A stretch of DNA of 32,000 bases from Pasteurella multocida (lineage in GTDB: Bacteria; Pseudomonadota; Gammaproteobacteria; Enterobacterales; Pasteurellaceae), in assembly GCF_900187275.1 (NCBI RefSeq), contig NZ_LT906458.1, forward strand, positions 210,001 through 242,000, read 5' to 3'. The notes beneath the pieces were generated by a model that was not told where the DNA came from, did not search any database, and saw only the letters and a list, made by a program, of their open reading frames with translations. The translations under genes were made by a program, and so were the position numbers. Below are positions 18,767-28,801 of this stretch, in pieces. Numbering within the stretch: position 1 is the first letter of the stretch; every line of letters starts with the position of its first letter.

Positions 18767-18856
18767 TGGCGGTGAGAGAGGGATTCGAACCCTCGATACA
18801 CTTTCGCATATACACGCTTTCCAGGCGTGCTCCTTCAACCACTCGGACATCTCACC
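18767..18856 (-). tRNA. tRNA-Ser (anticodon GGA)
   Basis: Reverse complement GGTGAGATGTCCGAGTGGTTGAAGGAGCACGCCTGGAAAGCGTG...GGTTCGAATCCCTCTCTCACCGCCA with long variable arm and encoded CCA. Confidence 0.97.
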
Positions 18857-18994
18857 GTTTTGAATAGGGTGTGAACTATAAGAATTTCATTGAAGTTAGT
18901 CAAGTATTTTTTGCGTTAGAACATAAAATGCTGTGCTAAATTGAGATAAAATAAACAGTCTTGTTTTCTTAAATTTTGTAGGTCTTATTTTAAT

Positions 18995-20734
18995 ATGTTG
19001 AAGAAATGGTTTCTCAGCAAAAATGTGTTCTTAGCCGTTAAGCCTTTTAGTGCGTTAAAAGAGAGTTTTCGCGCAGGTTACACGCGTCAATCTTTAATTA
19101 GAGATATTATCGCCGGTTTAACTATTGGGGTGATTGCAATTCCTTTGTCAATGGCACTGGCGATTGCCAGTGGCGTAGCGCCTCAACATGGTTTATATAC
19201 AGCGATTGTCGCAGGGATGATTATAGCGGTAACAGGGGGATCGCGTTTTAATGTTTCTGGTCCCACGGCGGCATTTGTAGTGATTTTGTACCCGATTACG
19301 CAACAGTTTGGTTTGGGTGGCTTGTTAATGGCCACGTTGTTATCGGGCTTGATTTTAGTTCTCATGGCTTTGTTCCGCTTAGGACGTCTCATCGAATACA
19401 TTCCTTTGCCCGTTACCCTAGGTTTTACCTGTGGAATTGGTATCGTCATTGCCACGTTACAAATTAAAGATTTTTTAGGGCTATCTATTTTGGAAATGCC
19501 TGCGCATTATCTTGAAAAAGTGCAAACTATTGTCACTGCATTACCGACGATCAATTGGGCTGATGCTCTTGTTGGGATCGTGACCTTATTGATGTTAACG
19601 CAATGGCATAAATTACGTTTACCTATTCCGGGTCATTTACCTGCTGTGATTATTGCCACGTTATTGTCTTTAGGCTTAATTTCTGTAGGTCAAGATGTTG
19701 CCACCATTGGTTCAGCCTTTCAATACACTTTATCCGATGGCACACAAGGATTTGGTATTCCAAATGCCTTACCTGAATTTATCTTGCCTTGGCATATTCC
19801 GAATGCACAAGGGGAAGTGATTACTTGGAATTTAGAGACCATTCAAGCGTTATTACCGGCAGCGTTTTCTATGGCAGTATTAGGCGCAATTGAATCCTTA
19901 TTATGTGCGGTGATTTTAGATAATATGACAGACACAAAACACCATTCTAATAATGAATTATTAGCACAAGGATTAGGGAATATTGCCGCACCGTTTTTAG
20001 GGGGGATCACAGCGACAGCGGCGATTGCGCGTTCTGTCGCGAATGTAAAAGCAGGTGGCGTGTCACCTATTTCCAGTGTTGTACATGCATTATTGGTTCT
20101 GTTTGCGCTCTTGTTTTTTGCAAATGCGTTATCTTATTTACCGCTTTCGTCGATGGCAGCTTTATTGCTCGTTGTGGCATGGAATATGGCAAATGTACCC
20201 CAAATTATTCAGCTCATCCGCCGCTCTGGTCGTAATGAAATCGCGGTGTTATTAACGTGCTTAATTTTAACAATCATTTTTGATATGGTGATTGCGATTA
20301 CTGTTGGCGTCTTATTAGCAAGTTTACTGTTTATTCGTACAATTGCAGAAATGACAAAGTCGATTGAAATTGCCCATCCTGAAGATTTAAATGATGTGCT
20401 AGTTTATCGTATTAGTGGACCGTTATTTTTTGCTGCAGCAGATAATTTATTTGCCGATTTACATGATAAAACCGTCAATACCGAGCATGAAATTAAACAT
20501 ATTGTATTGCAATGCGATGCGGTCACGGTGCTCGATACGGGAGGTATTCATGCGTTGACTCGTTTTGTACAACATATGTTGCCACATCAACAGCTTTATA
20601 TGTGTAATATGCAATTTCAACCGCTACGAATGATTGTCAAATCGAATACGGTAAATGAAATTCAGAAAATTAATTTTGCTTCGGATTTGTCAGATGCTTT
20701 TAATAAAATCCGCGTTTTTGAACAACAAGCATAA
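18995..20734 (+). CDS. dauA: SulP family anion/C4-dicarboxylate transporter with STAS domain (DauA/YchM-like)
   Basis: DIIAGLTIGVIAIPLSMALAIASGVAPQHGLYTAIVAG, GGSRFNVSGPTAAFVV, GALESLLCA-like GAIESLLCAVILDNM, C-terminal STAS region VLDTGGIHAL. Confidence 0.8.
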   Translation: MLKKWFLSKNVFLAVKPFSALKESFRAGYTRQSLIRDIIAGLTIGVIAIPLSMALAIASGVAPQHGLYTAIVAGMIIAVTGGSRFNVSGPTAAFVVILYPITQQFGLGGLLMATLLSGLILVLMALFRLGRLIEYIPLPVTLGFTCGIGIVIATLQIKDFLGLSILEMPAHYLEKVQTIVTALPTINWADALVGIVTLLMLTQWHKLRLPIPGHLPAVIIATLLSLGLISVGQDVATIGSAFQYTLSDGTQGFGIPNALPEFILPWHIPNAQGEVITWNLETIQALLPAAFSMAVLGAIESLLCAVILDNMTDTKHHSNNELLAQGLGNIAAPFLGGITATAAIARSVANVKAGGVSPISSVVHALLVLFALLFFANALSYLPLSSMAALLLVVAWNMANVPQIIQLIRRSGRNEIAVLLTCLILTIIFDMVIAITVGVLLASLLFIRTIAEMTKSIEIAHPEDLNDVLVYRISGPLFFAAADNLFADLHDKTVNTEHEIKHIVLQCDAVTVLDTGGIHALTRFVQHMLPHQQLYMCNMQFQPLRMIVKSNTVNEIQKINFASDLSDAFNKIRVFEQQA

Positions 20735-20755
20735 TACGGTTTAGAGGAGAACAAC

Positions 20756-21418
20756 ATGGCTTACCGCACCGCAGAGATCGTTGAAAAATTACGCGCTTGG
20801 AAAGTCATTCCTGTGATTGCGTTAGATAATCCTGAGATGATTTTACCGCTAGCAGATTGTTTAGCTGAACATGGTTTACCTGTCGTAGAAATCACGTTTC
20901 GTTCAAGTGCAGCGGAACAAGCCATTCGTTTACTTAAACAACAACGCCCAGCTATTTTTGTCGCGGCTGGCACGGTGCTTAACCCAGAACAGGTGATGCA
21001 AGCCAAGAATGCGGGGGCAGATTGTGTGGTGACACTGGGATTTAATCCAAAAATTGTTGAACTGTGTCAACGTTTATCCTTCCCCATTATCCCCGGCGTG
21101 AATAACCCAATGGCAATTGAAGCTGCGCTTGAAATGGGCATTCATGCTGTAAAATTTTTCCCCGCGGAAGCTTCGGGCGGAGTAGCAATGATTAAAGCAT
21201 TGTTAGGACCTTATCCGATGTTACAAATTATGCCAACAGGGGGCATTCATTTACAAAATATCTGTGATTATTTGGCAATTCCTAATGTGGTCGCTTGTGG
21301 TGGTTCTTGGTTTGTAGAAAAACAGCTAATTCAACAACAAAATTGGCAAGAAATTGGGCGTTTGACACAAGCGGTGATAGCACAGATAAACGACGAAAAA
21401 GAGCGGTCATTTTTGTGA
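20756..21418 (+). CDS. eda: 2-dehydro-3-deoxyphosphogluconate / 4-hydroxy-2-oxoglutarate aldolase
   Basis: KVIPVIALDNPE, GLPVVEITFRS, AGTVLNPEQ, AVKFFPAEASGG, IMPTGGI, VVACGGSWFV. Confidence 0.93.
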   Translation: MAYRTAEIVEKLRAWKVIPVIALDNPEMILPLADCLAEHGLPVVEITFRSSAAEQAIRLLKQQRPAIFVAAGTVLNPEQVMQAKNAGADCVVTLGFNPKIVELCQRLSFPIIPGVNNPMAIEAALEMGIHAVKFFPAEASGGVAMIKALLGPYPMLQIMPTGGIHLQNICDYLAIPNVVACGGSWFVEKQLIQQQNWQEIGRLTQAVIAQINDEKERSFL

Positions 21419-21506
21419 AAATTTTTTCACTTTGGGTTTGTGTGAATCTTTTATAAGATAAACAGTCTAATGGAGTTCTTATTGGTACTTTATGAGGAAA
21501 GCTAAC

Positions 21507-22145
21507 ATGAATTTTAATCGTTTATTAAATGAAGTTTTAAATACCGTCACTCAATCTGCGGGTCAGTTGAATAAGCCTAGTCAAAGTACGGCGGATACAA
21601 TCACGAAAGTGGGTGGTGGTGCGGCTTTGGCGGGGATTTTGTCCATGGTGCTTGGTCGCAAGGGTGGCGCGAAATTGACGAAATTGGGCTCATTGGCTGC
21701 TTTGGGCAGTTTAGCTTATCAAGCCTATCAGAATTATCAGAAGAACCAGCCTGTTCAAAATACAGGCGAGCTTTCGCAAGAAGCATTCGTAGCAACTCCG
21801 CAAACGGAAGACAGTAGCGCCATTATTCTACGCACGATGATTGCAGCTGCGATTTCGGATGGCGTATTAGAGGAATCGGAACGTGCCTTGATTATGCAAG
21901 AAGGCGGGGATGATCCGGCGTTACAACAGTGGTTAGAGCAAGAAATCACGCATCCGATAAGTGTGAGCGAGATTGCGAAAATAGTCGGAAAAGATACCGC
22001 ACTTGCCACGCAGGTGTACCTTGCTGCACGCATGGTATGCCAAGATTTATCACGTAAAGAAATTGTGTTTCTTGGTCAATTAGCGCAAGCCTTAAATTTA
22101 GATGATGCACTTGTGGAACAACTTGAGAAACAGGCTGGATTTTAG
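21507..22145 (+). CDS. DUF533 / TerB-like family protein (YebE-like)
   Basis: MNFNRLLNEVLNTVTQSAG..., glycine-rich middle GGGAALAGILSMVLGRKGG, C-terminal helical TerB-like AMIAAAISDGVLEESERALIMQ. Preferred start 21507 with AGGAAA upstream. Confidence 0.75.
   Translation: MNFNRLLNEVLNTVTQSAGQLNKPSQSTADTITKVGGGAALAGILSMVLGRKGGAKLTKLGSLAALGSLAYQAYQNYQKNQPVQNTGELSQEAFVATPQTEDSSAIILRTMIAAAISDGVLEESERALIMQEGGDDPALQQWLEQEITHPISVSEIAKIVGKDTALATQVYLAARMVCQDLSRKEIVFLGQLAQALNLDDALVEQLEKQAGF
21996..22004 (-). repeat. DNA uptake signal core (reverse)
   Basis: ATACCGCACTT inside the DUF533 gene. Confidence 0.85.
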
Positions 22146-22147
22146 TT

Positions 22148-22182
22148 AAAAAAATGGCAAGGTGAGAGCCTTGCCATTTTTT
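22148..22182. terminator. Bidirectional Rho-independent terminator between the convergent DUF533 gene and cysS
   Basis: 14-bp stem AAAAAATGGCAAGG/CCTTGCCATTTTTT with loop TGAGAG. Confidence 0.9.
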
Positions 22183-22195
22183 ATGATTTTTTGAC

Positions 22196-23575
22196 TTACT
22201 GTTTACGCCAAGTGGTACCATTTACGTTATCTTCTAATACCACACCCATTTCAGCCAGTTTGTTACGTGCGGCATCCGCACTTGCCCAATCTTTTGCTGC
22301 CCGGGCATCATTACGCTGTTTGATTAACGCCTCAATCAGCACGACTTCATCATTGTCTGAACCCGATTGTAAGAATTGCTCTGGATCTTGGTAGAGTAAA
22401 CCTAATATTCCCGCTAATTCACGTAAGCGGGCTGCAAGCGCATTGGCTTTTAATATATCTTCATTTTTCAGTTTGTTGATTTCACGTGCGATTTCGAATA
22501 AGACTGAAATGGCTTTCGGAGTATTGAAATCATCATCCATGGCTTCTCTAAAGGCAGCAAGGTAGTTTTGCCCTTCTGTCGCGACTGCAGTTGGGTCTGT
22601 TCCTCGTAATGCCGTATATAAACGTTCTAAAGCACTGTGCGCAAGATTGAGGTTTTCTTCGCTGTAATTTAATTGGCTACGGTAATGTGCTGTCAGTAGA
22701 AAGTAACGTACACTTTCTGCGTCATAGAGTGATAATACTTCACGTAATGTAAAGAAATTACCCAGTGATTTGGACATTTTTTCTCGATCAACCATAATCA
22801 TGCCAGAATGTATCCAATAGTTAACGTAGCGTCCACTATGGGCACAGCAAGACTGTGCAATTTCATTTTCATGGTGAGGGAAGGTTAAATCCGAGCCTCC
22901 GCCATGAATATCAAAATGCTCACCTAATTCTTTATGGTTCATGGCAGAACACTCAATATGCCAACCGGGACGACCTTCTCCCCAAGGGGATGACCAACTT
23001 GGCTCCCCTGGTTTGGACATTTTCCATAACACAAAATCCATCGGATTTTTTTTGACATTGACAATTTCAACACGAGCGCCTGCTTGGAGCTGTTCTAAAT
23101 TTTGACGAGAAAGCTTTCCGTATTCTTTAAAACTTTCGACATCAAACATCACATCACCATTAGCGGATACATAAGCATGTTGACGAGCTATCAGCTTTTC
23201 AATCATTGCGATAATTTCAGGAATATGGTGGGTTGCACGGGGTTCTACATCTGGACGTAATACATTGAGTGCATCAAAGTCTTTGTGCATTTCTGAAATC
23301 ATTTTTTCAACAAGTTGATTACATGTCTCATTATTTTCTAATGCCCGTTTGATAATTTTATCGTCCACATCTGTGATGTTACGCACATAAGTTAAGTTAT
23401 AGCCTAAATACCGAAGATAACGAGCAATCACATCAAAACAAACGAATGTACGCCCGTGTCCTACGTGGCATAAATCATAAACCGTAATACCGCAAACATA
23501 CATACCCACTTTGTTGGCATGAATGGGTTTAAAGATTTCCTTTTCTCTTGTTAATGTATTAAAAATTTTTAGCAT
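22196..23575 (-). CDS. cysS: Cysteinyl-tRNA synthetase
   Basis: [57 protein letters not shown]. Confidence 0.97.
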   Translation of the reverse strand: MLKIFNTLTREKEIFKPIHANKVGMYVCGITVYDLCHVGHGRTFVCFDVIARYLRYLGYNLTYVRNITDVDDKIIKRALENNETCNQLVEKMISEMHKDFDALNVLRPDVEPRATHHIPEIIAMIEKLIARQHAYVSANGDVMFDVESFKEYGKLSRQNLEQLQAGARVEIVNVKKNPMDFVLWKMSKPGEPSWSSPWGEGRPGWHIECSAMNHKELGEHFDIHGGGSDLTFPHHENEIAQSCCAHSGRYVNYWIHSGMIMVDREKMSKSLGNFFTLREVLSLYDAESVRYFLLTAHYRSQLNYSEENLNLAHSALERLYTALRGTDPTAVATEGQNYLAAFREAMDDDFNTPKAISVLFEIAREINKLKNEDILKANALAARLRELAGILGLLYQDPEQFLQSGSDNDEVVLIEALIKQRNDARAAKDWASADAARNKLAEMGVVLEDNVNGTTWRKQ

Positions 23576-23711
23576 GGATTGGTTCTCTTAAGTGTATAGG
23601 AGTGTTATAAATTTAGCATAGCGTATTTGCCATAAACAAAGTTACTTTATAGCATTTAATGCGCTTTTATGAAATAATCGAATGATATAAAACTATTAGA
23701 GGAAAACAGAT

Positions 23712-24221
23712 ATGATTACATTACACACTAACTTGGGTAACATTAAAATTCAATTAGATCATGAAAAAGCACCGAACACAGCACAAAACTTTGTAAATTA
23801 CTGTAAAAGTGGATTCTATGATAACACAATTTTTCATCGTGTTATTGATGGATTTATGATCCAAGGTGGTGGTATGGATGAGGCGATGCGTGAGAAAAAG
23901 ACGAATGCGCCGATCCAAAATGAAGCCAACAATGGTTTAAGTAACAAACGTGGCACAATTGCGATGGCGCGAACATCGGATCCTCATTCTGCGACCGCAC
24001 AATTTTTTATTAATGTAGCAGATAATACTTTTTTAGATCACCGTTCAAAAGAGTTATTTGGTAAAAAGGTGGTACAAGAGTGGGGCTATGCCGTCTTTGG
24101 TGAAGTGGTTGAGGGCATGGATGTAGTAGATAAGATCAAAGGCGTGAAAACCGGAAATAAAGGGTTTCACCAAGATGTACCACAAGAAGCCATCGTGATT
24201 ACTGCAGTGACCGTTGAATAA
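23712..24221 (+). CDS. ppiB: Peptidyl-prolyl cis-trans isomerase B (cytoplasmic cyclophilin)
   Basis: No signal peptide; [46 protein letters not shown]. Confidence 0.93.
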   Translation: MITLHTNLGNIKIQLDHEKAPNTAQNFVNYCKSGFYDNTIFHRVIDGFMIQGGGMDEAMREKKTNAPIQNEANNGLSNKRGTIAMARTSDPHSATAQFFINVADNTFLDHRSKELFGKKVVQEWGYAVFGEVVEGMDVVDKIKGVKTGNKGFHQDVPQEAIVITAVTVE

Positions 24222-24229
24222 TCAGTCTC

Positions 24230-24256
24230 TCCCCTCGTAATTGAGGGGATTCTTTT
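24230..24256 (+). terminator. Weak Rho-independent terminator-like hairpin between ppiB and the second cyclophilin gene
   Basis: TCCCCTC/GAGGGGA stem (24230-24236/24243-24249) followed by TTCTTTT. Confidence 0.5.
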
Positions 24257-24269
24257 AGGAGAAGAGAAA

Positions 24270-24821
24270 ATGTTAAGAATAATTACCGCACTTTTGCTTG
24301 CTGGTGTTGTTTGTGTTGCTCAAGCAAAGAATGTGGTTTTACATACAAATTATGGCGATATTAAAATGGTGTTAGAAGAGGAGAAAGCGCCCATTAGCAC
24401 TCAGAATTTTCTACGTTATAGCCAAGCGGGATTTTATAACGGTACGATTTTTCATCGTGTTATTCCCAGTTTTATGATTCAAGCTGGGGGATTTGAGGTT
24501 GGGATGAAGCAAAAGAAAACCGATGCGCCTATTACAAATGAGGCGAATAATGGTTTGAAAAATTTGCGCGGTACTGTTGCAATGGCACGGACGTCTGATC
24601 CGCATTCTGCCACAGCGCAATTCTTTATTAATACAGTTGACAATGATTTTTTGAATTTTAGTGCAGAAACGCAAAAAGGTTGGGGATATGCGGTTTTTGC
24701 TAACGTAGTGGCAGGTATGGACGTGGTTGATCGTATTAGCCAAGTAGATACTGAGCGATCAGGATTTCACCGTGATGTACCAAAAGCGCCAGTGATCATT
24801 AAAAGTGTCACTATTGAATAG
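24270..24821 (+). CDS. ppiA: Periplasmic (exported) peptidyl-prolyl cis-trans isomerase, cyclophilin type
   Basis: Signal peptide [20 protein letters not shown] then [21 protein letters not shown]...[17 protein letters not shown]...[17 protein letters not shown]. Confidence 0.82.
   Translation: MLRIITALLLAGVVCVAQAKNVVLHTNYGDIKMVLEEEKAPISTQNFLRYSQAGFYNGTIFHRVIPSFMIQAGGFEVGMKQKKTDAPITNEANNGLKNLRGTVAMARTSDPHSATAQFFINTVDNDFLNFSAETQKGWGYAVFANVVAGMDVVDRISQVDTERSGFHRDVPKAPVIIKSVTIE
24285..24293 (-). repeat. DNA uptake signal core (reverse)
   Basis: AATTACCGCACTTTT inside the signal-peptide region of the exported cyclophilin. Confidence 0.88.
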
Positions 24822-24927
24822 AGCAAGGCTAGCATCACTTTTATGGGCGCGATAGCGGGTCGTTATTTTGATTATTCAGGGAAAATAACTCTCTAGTTCT
24901 AATCCATAAGAATGAATAGAAAACGAT

Positions 24928-25719
24928 ATGCCATTTTTTGATACACATATCCATTTAGATTATTTACAGCAAGAAACAGGAGAAACGCTGGCACAATTAG
25001 TGGAACAAGCACAACAAGCCAATGTGCAAAAAATGCTAATGGTTGGCGTCTCTTCCGAGCATATTGTGACACTTACACAAATGGCTACTGCGTATCCTGA
25101 GTCTTTGTATTACGGCGTCGGGCTTCATCCTTTGTATATTCGGCAGCATACTTACGCTGATTTAGAGAAATTGCAACAGACGTTAGACAAACGACTTTCT
25201 AATTGTTGTGCTGTGGCAGAAATTGGTCTAGAAAGAGCGGTACCCGATTTGTTAAATGACGGGCTATGGGAAAAACAATGTGCGTTTCTTGAAGCACAGC
25301 TAGCATTGGCAAAGCAGTATGGCTTAGCGGTCAGTTTACATTCACGTAAAGCACATGATCAGCTTGTTCCTTTTTTACGGTATATTTCTTCACCAATGTG
25401 TGGTATTATCCACGGATTTTCTGGTAGCTATCAACAAGCTGTTCGTTTTGTTGATCTCGGTTATAAAATCGGAGTAGGCGGGACGATTACGTATTTGCGT
25501 GCGAATAAAACTCGTGATGTGATTCGCCGTTTGCCTTTAGATTGCCTTGTATTAGAAACAGATGCGCCTGATATGCCTGTATTTGGCTTTCAAGGACAGG
25601 TCAATCGACCGGAGAGAATCGTCAATATTTTTGCTCATTTATGTGAGTTAAGAGCGGAAAGACCAGAAGAAATTAAGCAAGTTATTTGGCAAAATAGCTG
25701 TAAGCTGTTTTCAATTTAA
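24928..25719 (+). CDS. TatD family metal-dependent hydrolase/DNase (YjjV-like)
   Basis: FFDTHIHLDYL, YYGVGLHPLY, AVAEIGL, HGFSGSYQQAVRF, LVLETDAPDMP. Confidence 0.88.
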   Translation: MPFFDTHIHLDYLQQETGETLAQLVEQAQQANVQKMLMVGVSSEHIVTLTQMATAYPESLYYGVGLHPLYIRQHTYADLEKLQQTLDKRLSNCCAVAEIGLERAVPDLLNDGLWEKQCAFLEAQLALAKQYGLAVSLHSRKAHDQLVPFLRYISSPMCGIIHGFSGSYQQAVRFVDLGYKIGVGGTITYLRANKTRDVIRRLPLDCLVLETDAPDMPVFGFQGQVNRPERIVNIFAHLCELRAERPEEIKQVIWQNSCKLFSI

Positions 25720-25757
25720 AGTTCCTATTTACTCTTTTTATGTTGAGAAGATAACTT

Positions 25758-26000
25758 ATGCTCAAAGCAAGGATGTTACTCTTATTACGCATTTATTTAT
25801 TACTTTCTGAGCGCGTTGCTTGGGTTTCTAAAGACTTGTCTGATGCACAAGTGGTTAAACCAGCATATCAGCGAAATGCAATGCAAAAGAAACCAAGAAA
25901 AGGGTGGGCGATCTTGTCGCGTTCGGCAAGATTTAATCTTATTTTAGGTACGATTCTGTTCATATTAGGTAACCTCCTGATCTTTTGGGTACTCATGTAA
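25758..26000 (+). CDS. Hypothetical small protein (80 aa) with C-terminal hydrophobic segment
   Basis: ORF follows the tatD-like gene and ends before convergent nrdG; NLILGTILFILGNLLIFWVLM looks like a single TM helix. No recognised family. Confidence 0.45.
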   Translation: MLKARMLLLLRIYLLLSERVAWVSKDLSDAQVVKPAYQRNAMQKKPRKGWAILSRSARFNLILGTILFILGNLLIFWVLM

Positions 26001-26024
26001 CTCAGCTGCTAGCATCCATATCGC

Positions 26025-26549
26025 TTAGTATTGTGTGAAACGATAAATAATCTGATTAGCAGAACCGCGCCATACAAGGCTTGGATCCGCTTTATCCTGT
26101 TCAAACTTACCATCAATTAAGACATCAATATAAGGCAGTATTTGCCGTTGTAATGTATCGGCTTTGAGCTCTGCTAAGGTATAACCCGTCCAGACCCAAA
26201 GATCTTTATCAGGACATTCGTGTTTGACTCGTTTGACAAAGGGAAGAAGTACCGCCAGATTACGTGGATGGAGCGGATCACCACCTGTTAAGGTTAATCC
26301 TTGGCGTTTAATACGGGTATCTTTGAGATCTTGAAGGATTTGTGCTTCCATTTTTTCATCGAATGGAAGGCCAGCACAAAAAGACCAACTTTTTTTGTTG
26401 TAGCAACCTCGGCAAGCATGCGTACAGCCACTGACAAAAAGTGTACACCTTGTTCCTTCTCCATTCACGATGTCAGTAGGATAATATTGGACGTAATTCA
26501 TAGCGGGCTTCACCGTGTTTATTTTCTGTGATACTGACGTCCGTGACAT
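26025..26549 (-). CDS. nrdG: Anaerobic ribonucleoside-triphosphate reductase activating protein
   Basis: Radical SAM motif CTHACRGC; NYVQYYPTDIVNGEGTRCTLFVSGC; adjacent to nrdD. Confidence 0.95.
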   Translation of the reverse strand: MSRTSVSQKINTVKPAMNYVQYYPTDIVNGEGTRCTLFVSGCTHACRGCYNKKSWSFCAGLPFDEKMEAQILQDLKDTRIKRQGLTLTGGDPLHPRNLAVLLPFVKRVKHECPDKDLWVWTGYTLAELKADTLQRQILPYIDVLIDGKFEQDKADPSLVWRGSANQIIYRFTQY

Positions 26550-26572
26550 ATGGTCAAGGACGTCGAACTGGC

Positions 26573-28714
26573 TTAGAGATGTTTTACTCTGCGCTTGACT
26601 TCTTCTTGTTTACCGGCATTAAATGGTCTGGCATCTGGACTGCCAAGATAGCCACAGACACGTCGGGTCACGGAGACTTTCTCACTGTCATGGTTACCAC
26701 ATTTCGGACAAGTAAACCCTTTACTTGTACATTCAAATTCACCACTGAAACCACATTCATAGCATTCATCAATCGGTGTATTGGTCCCATAGTAAGGCAC
26801 TCTGTCATAGCTATAATCCCAAACGTCCTCCAATGCTTTAAGGTTATGCTGAACATTTGGGTATTCACCATAGCAAATAAACCCGCCGCTTGCGAACGGT
26901 GGATAAGGCAATTCAAAATCTATCTTGTCATAAGGATTGACTTTTTTCTCTACGTCTAAGTGGTAGCTATTGGTATAGTAGCCTTTATCTGTGACACCTT
27001 CGATAAGCCCAAATTGCTTAGTATCCAAGCGGCAGAAACGGTCACAAAGGTTTTCACTTGGTGTGGAATATAGGCTGAAAGCATAGCCTGTTTCTTGTTT
27101 CCAACGTTGCACGGTCTCGTGTAAATATTCGACGATTTCAATCCCTTTTTGGCGGAGTTGTTCATCATCATAAATATGTTTATCGCCGTAGAGAGCATTG
27201 ATTGTTTCATGGATACCAATATAGCCTAACGAAATAGAGGCACGCCCATTTTTAAAGATTTGTGCCACATTGTCATCAGCCTTTAAGCGTACACCACAAG
27301 CGCCCTCCATATAAAGAATTGGGGCAACGCGAGCTTTGGTATGTTCTAAACGTGCAATGCGTGTCATTAAGGCTTTTTTGGCAATCGCAAGACGTTGATC
27401 TAAAATTTTATAAAACTTGACCGCTCTTTGAGCTGAATTCGTGGCGTTGGCTTCAATTGCAATACGCGGTAAATTCAAACTCACTACGCCTAAGTTATTA
27501 CGTCCATCATGGATTTCCTGTCCTTGCTCCTGATAGGCGCCTAAGAAACTACGGCATCCCATTGGTGCTTTAAAAGAACCCGTGACTTTCACCACTTGGT
27601 CATAATTGAGAATATCAGGATACATCCGTTTGGAGGCACATTCTAAAGCCAGTTGTTTAATGTCGTAGTTAGGATCACTAGGGCTATGGTTAATGCCTTT
27701 TTTAATGGTAAACACCAGTTTTGGGAAGACAGGGGTTTTGTGATTTTTGCCTAAACCACGAATACGATTTTTCAGAATTGAGCGCTGGATAAGTTTCGAT
27801 TGCCACGTCGTCCCTAAGCCAAAGCCAAAAGTGACAAAAGGGGTTTGCCCATTTGAAGTATGCAGCGTATTGACTTCATATTCTAAGGATTGAAAAGCGT
27901 CGAAACATTCTTTTTCAATGAGTGCTTTTGCATAGGCTTCTGGTTCAGGAACTTTCCACTCCGCTGCAGTTTTTAAATGTTTTTCATAACTTAATTGCAC
28001 ATAGGGAGCAAGGATTTCATCTATACGGTTAATCGTGGTACCACCGTAAATATGGCTCGCGACTTGTGCGATAATTTGTGCACTGACTGCGGTTGCTGTT
28101 GTGATCGATTTTGGTGGTTCAATTTCGGCATTACCCATTTTGAAACCATTACTTAGCATACCTTTGAGATCGACAAGCATACAGTTAAACATTGGGAAAA
28201 ATGGGGCATAGTCTAAATCGTGATAATGAATTTCCCCTTTTTCATGTGCGTCCACGACATCGCGTGGCAGAATATAACGTTTAGCGTAATGTTTTGCCAC
28301 AATACCCGCTAAGAGATCGCGTTGAGTTGGGATAACTTTCGCATCTTTATTGGCATTTTCATTGAGGAGTTCAACATTACTTTGCTGAATTAACCCTTCG
28401 ATTTCTTTTGTGAGTTGACTGCGTTTTTCTCGCGCAAGATCCCGATCATGGCGGTATTCGATATAAGCTCGCGCTATTTCAGGGTATTTTCCCGCCATTA
28501 AGGTATTTTCTACGATTTTTTGAATGTGGCTGATATCAATTTCTTGTTGGTAACGGGTAAAGATGTCATTACATACCTGCTGTCCCATTGTATGACAATA
28601 GCGTTCATCTTCAATATTCACTGCTTGTGCCGCTTTTTTAATTGCATTAATAATACGTTGGATTTCAAACCCCGTTCGTGAACCATCGCGTTTAATTACA
28701 AAGAAAGTTGCCAT
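26573..28714 (-). CDS. nrdD: Anaerobic ribonucleoside-triphosphate reductase (class III)
   Basis: N-terminal ATP-cone, zinc motif CYECGFSGEF...CPKC, C-terminal glycyl-radical motif RRVCGYLGSPDARPFNAGK. Confidence 0.97.
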   Translation of the reverse strand: MATFFVIKRDGSRTGFEIQRIINAIKKAAQAVNIEDERYCHTMGQQVCNDIFTRYQQEIDISHIQKIVENTLMAGKYPEIARAYIEYRHDRDLAREKRSQLTKEIEGLIQQSNVELLNENANKDAKVIPTQRDLLAGIVAKHYAKRYILPRDVVDAHEKGEIHYHDLDYAPFFPMFNCMLVDLKGMLSNGFKMGNAEIEPPKSITTATAVSAQIIAQVASHIYGGTTINRIDEILAPYVQLSYEKHLKTAAEWKVPEPEAYAKALIEKECFDAFQSLEYEVNTLHTSNGQTPFVTFGFGLGTTWQSKLIQRSILKNRIRGLGKNHKTPVFPKLVFTIKKGINHSPSDPNYDIKQLALECASKRMYPDILNYDQVVKVTGSFKAPMGCRSFLGAYQEQGQEIHDGRNNLGVVSLNLPRIAIEANATNSAQRAVKFYKILDQRLAIAKKALMTRIARLEHTKARVAPILYMEGACGVRLKADDNVAQIFKNGRASISLGYIGIHETINALYGDKHIYDDEQLRQKGIEIVEYLHETVQRWKQETGYAFSLYSTPSENLCDRFCRLDTKQFGLIEGVTDKGYYTNSYHLDVEKKVNPYDKIDFELPYPPFASGGFICYGEYPNVQHNLKALEDVWDYSYDRVPYYGTNTPIDECYECGFSGEFECTSKGFTCPKCGNHDSEKVSVTRRVCGYLGSPDARPFNAGKQEEVKRRVKHL

Positions 28715-28754
28715 TTTTTCACCCTATTTTATCTATATGACCCAAAGAACGAGG

Positions 28755-28801
28755 ATACTATATATAGTTAAAATTTTATTTTCAACCACAAGATATAGTG
28801 T
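28755..28801. promoter_or_regulatory. Pair of NrdR boxes upstream of nrdD
   Basis: ATACTATATATAGTTA (28755-28770) and CCACAAGATATAGTGT (28786-28801) resemble the NrdR consensus acaCwAtATaTwgtgt; centre-to-centre distance 31 bp. Confidence 0.75.

Noticed and set aside
26528-26959. 143-aa + strand ORF antisense to nrdD (26528..26959) and other antisense ORFs inside nrdD
   Set aside because: Lies entirely over conserved nrdD coding sequence with low-information composition; a typical antisense open frame.
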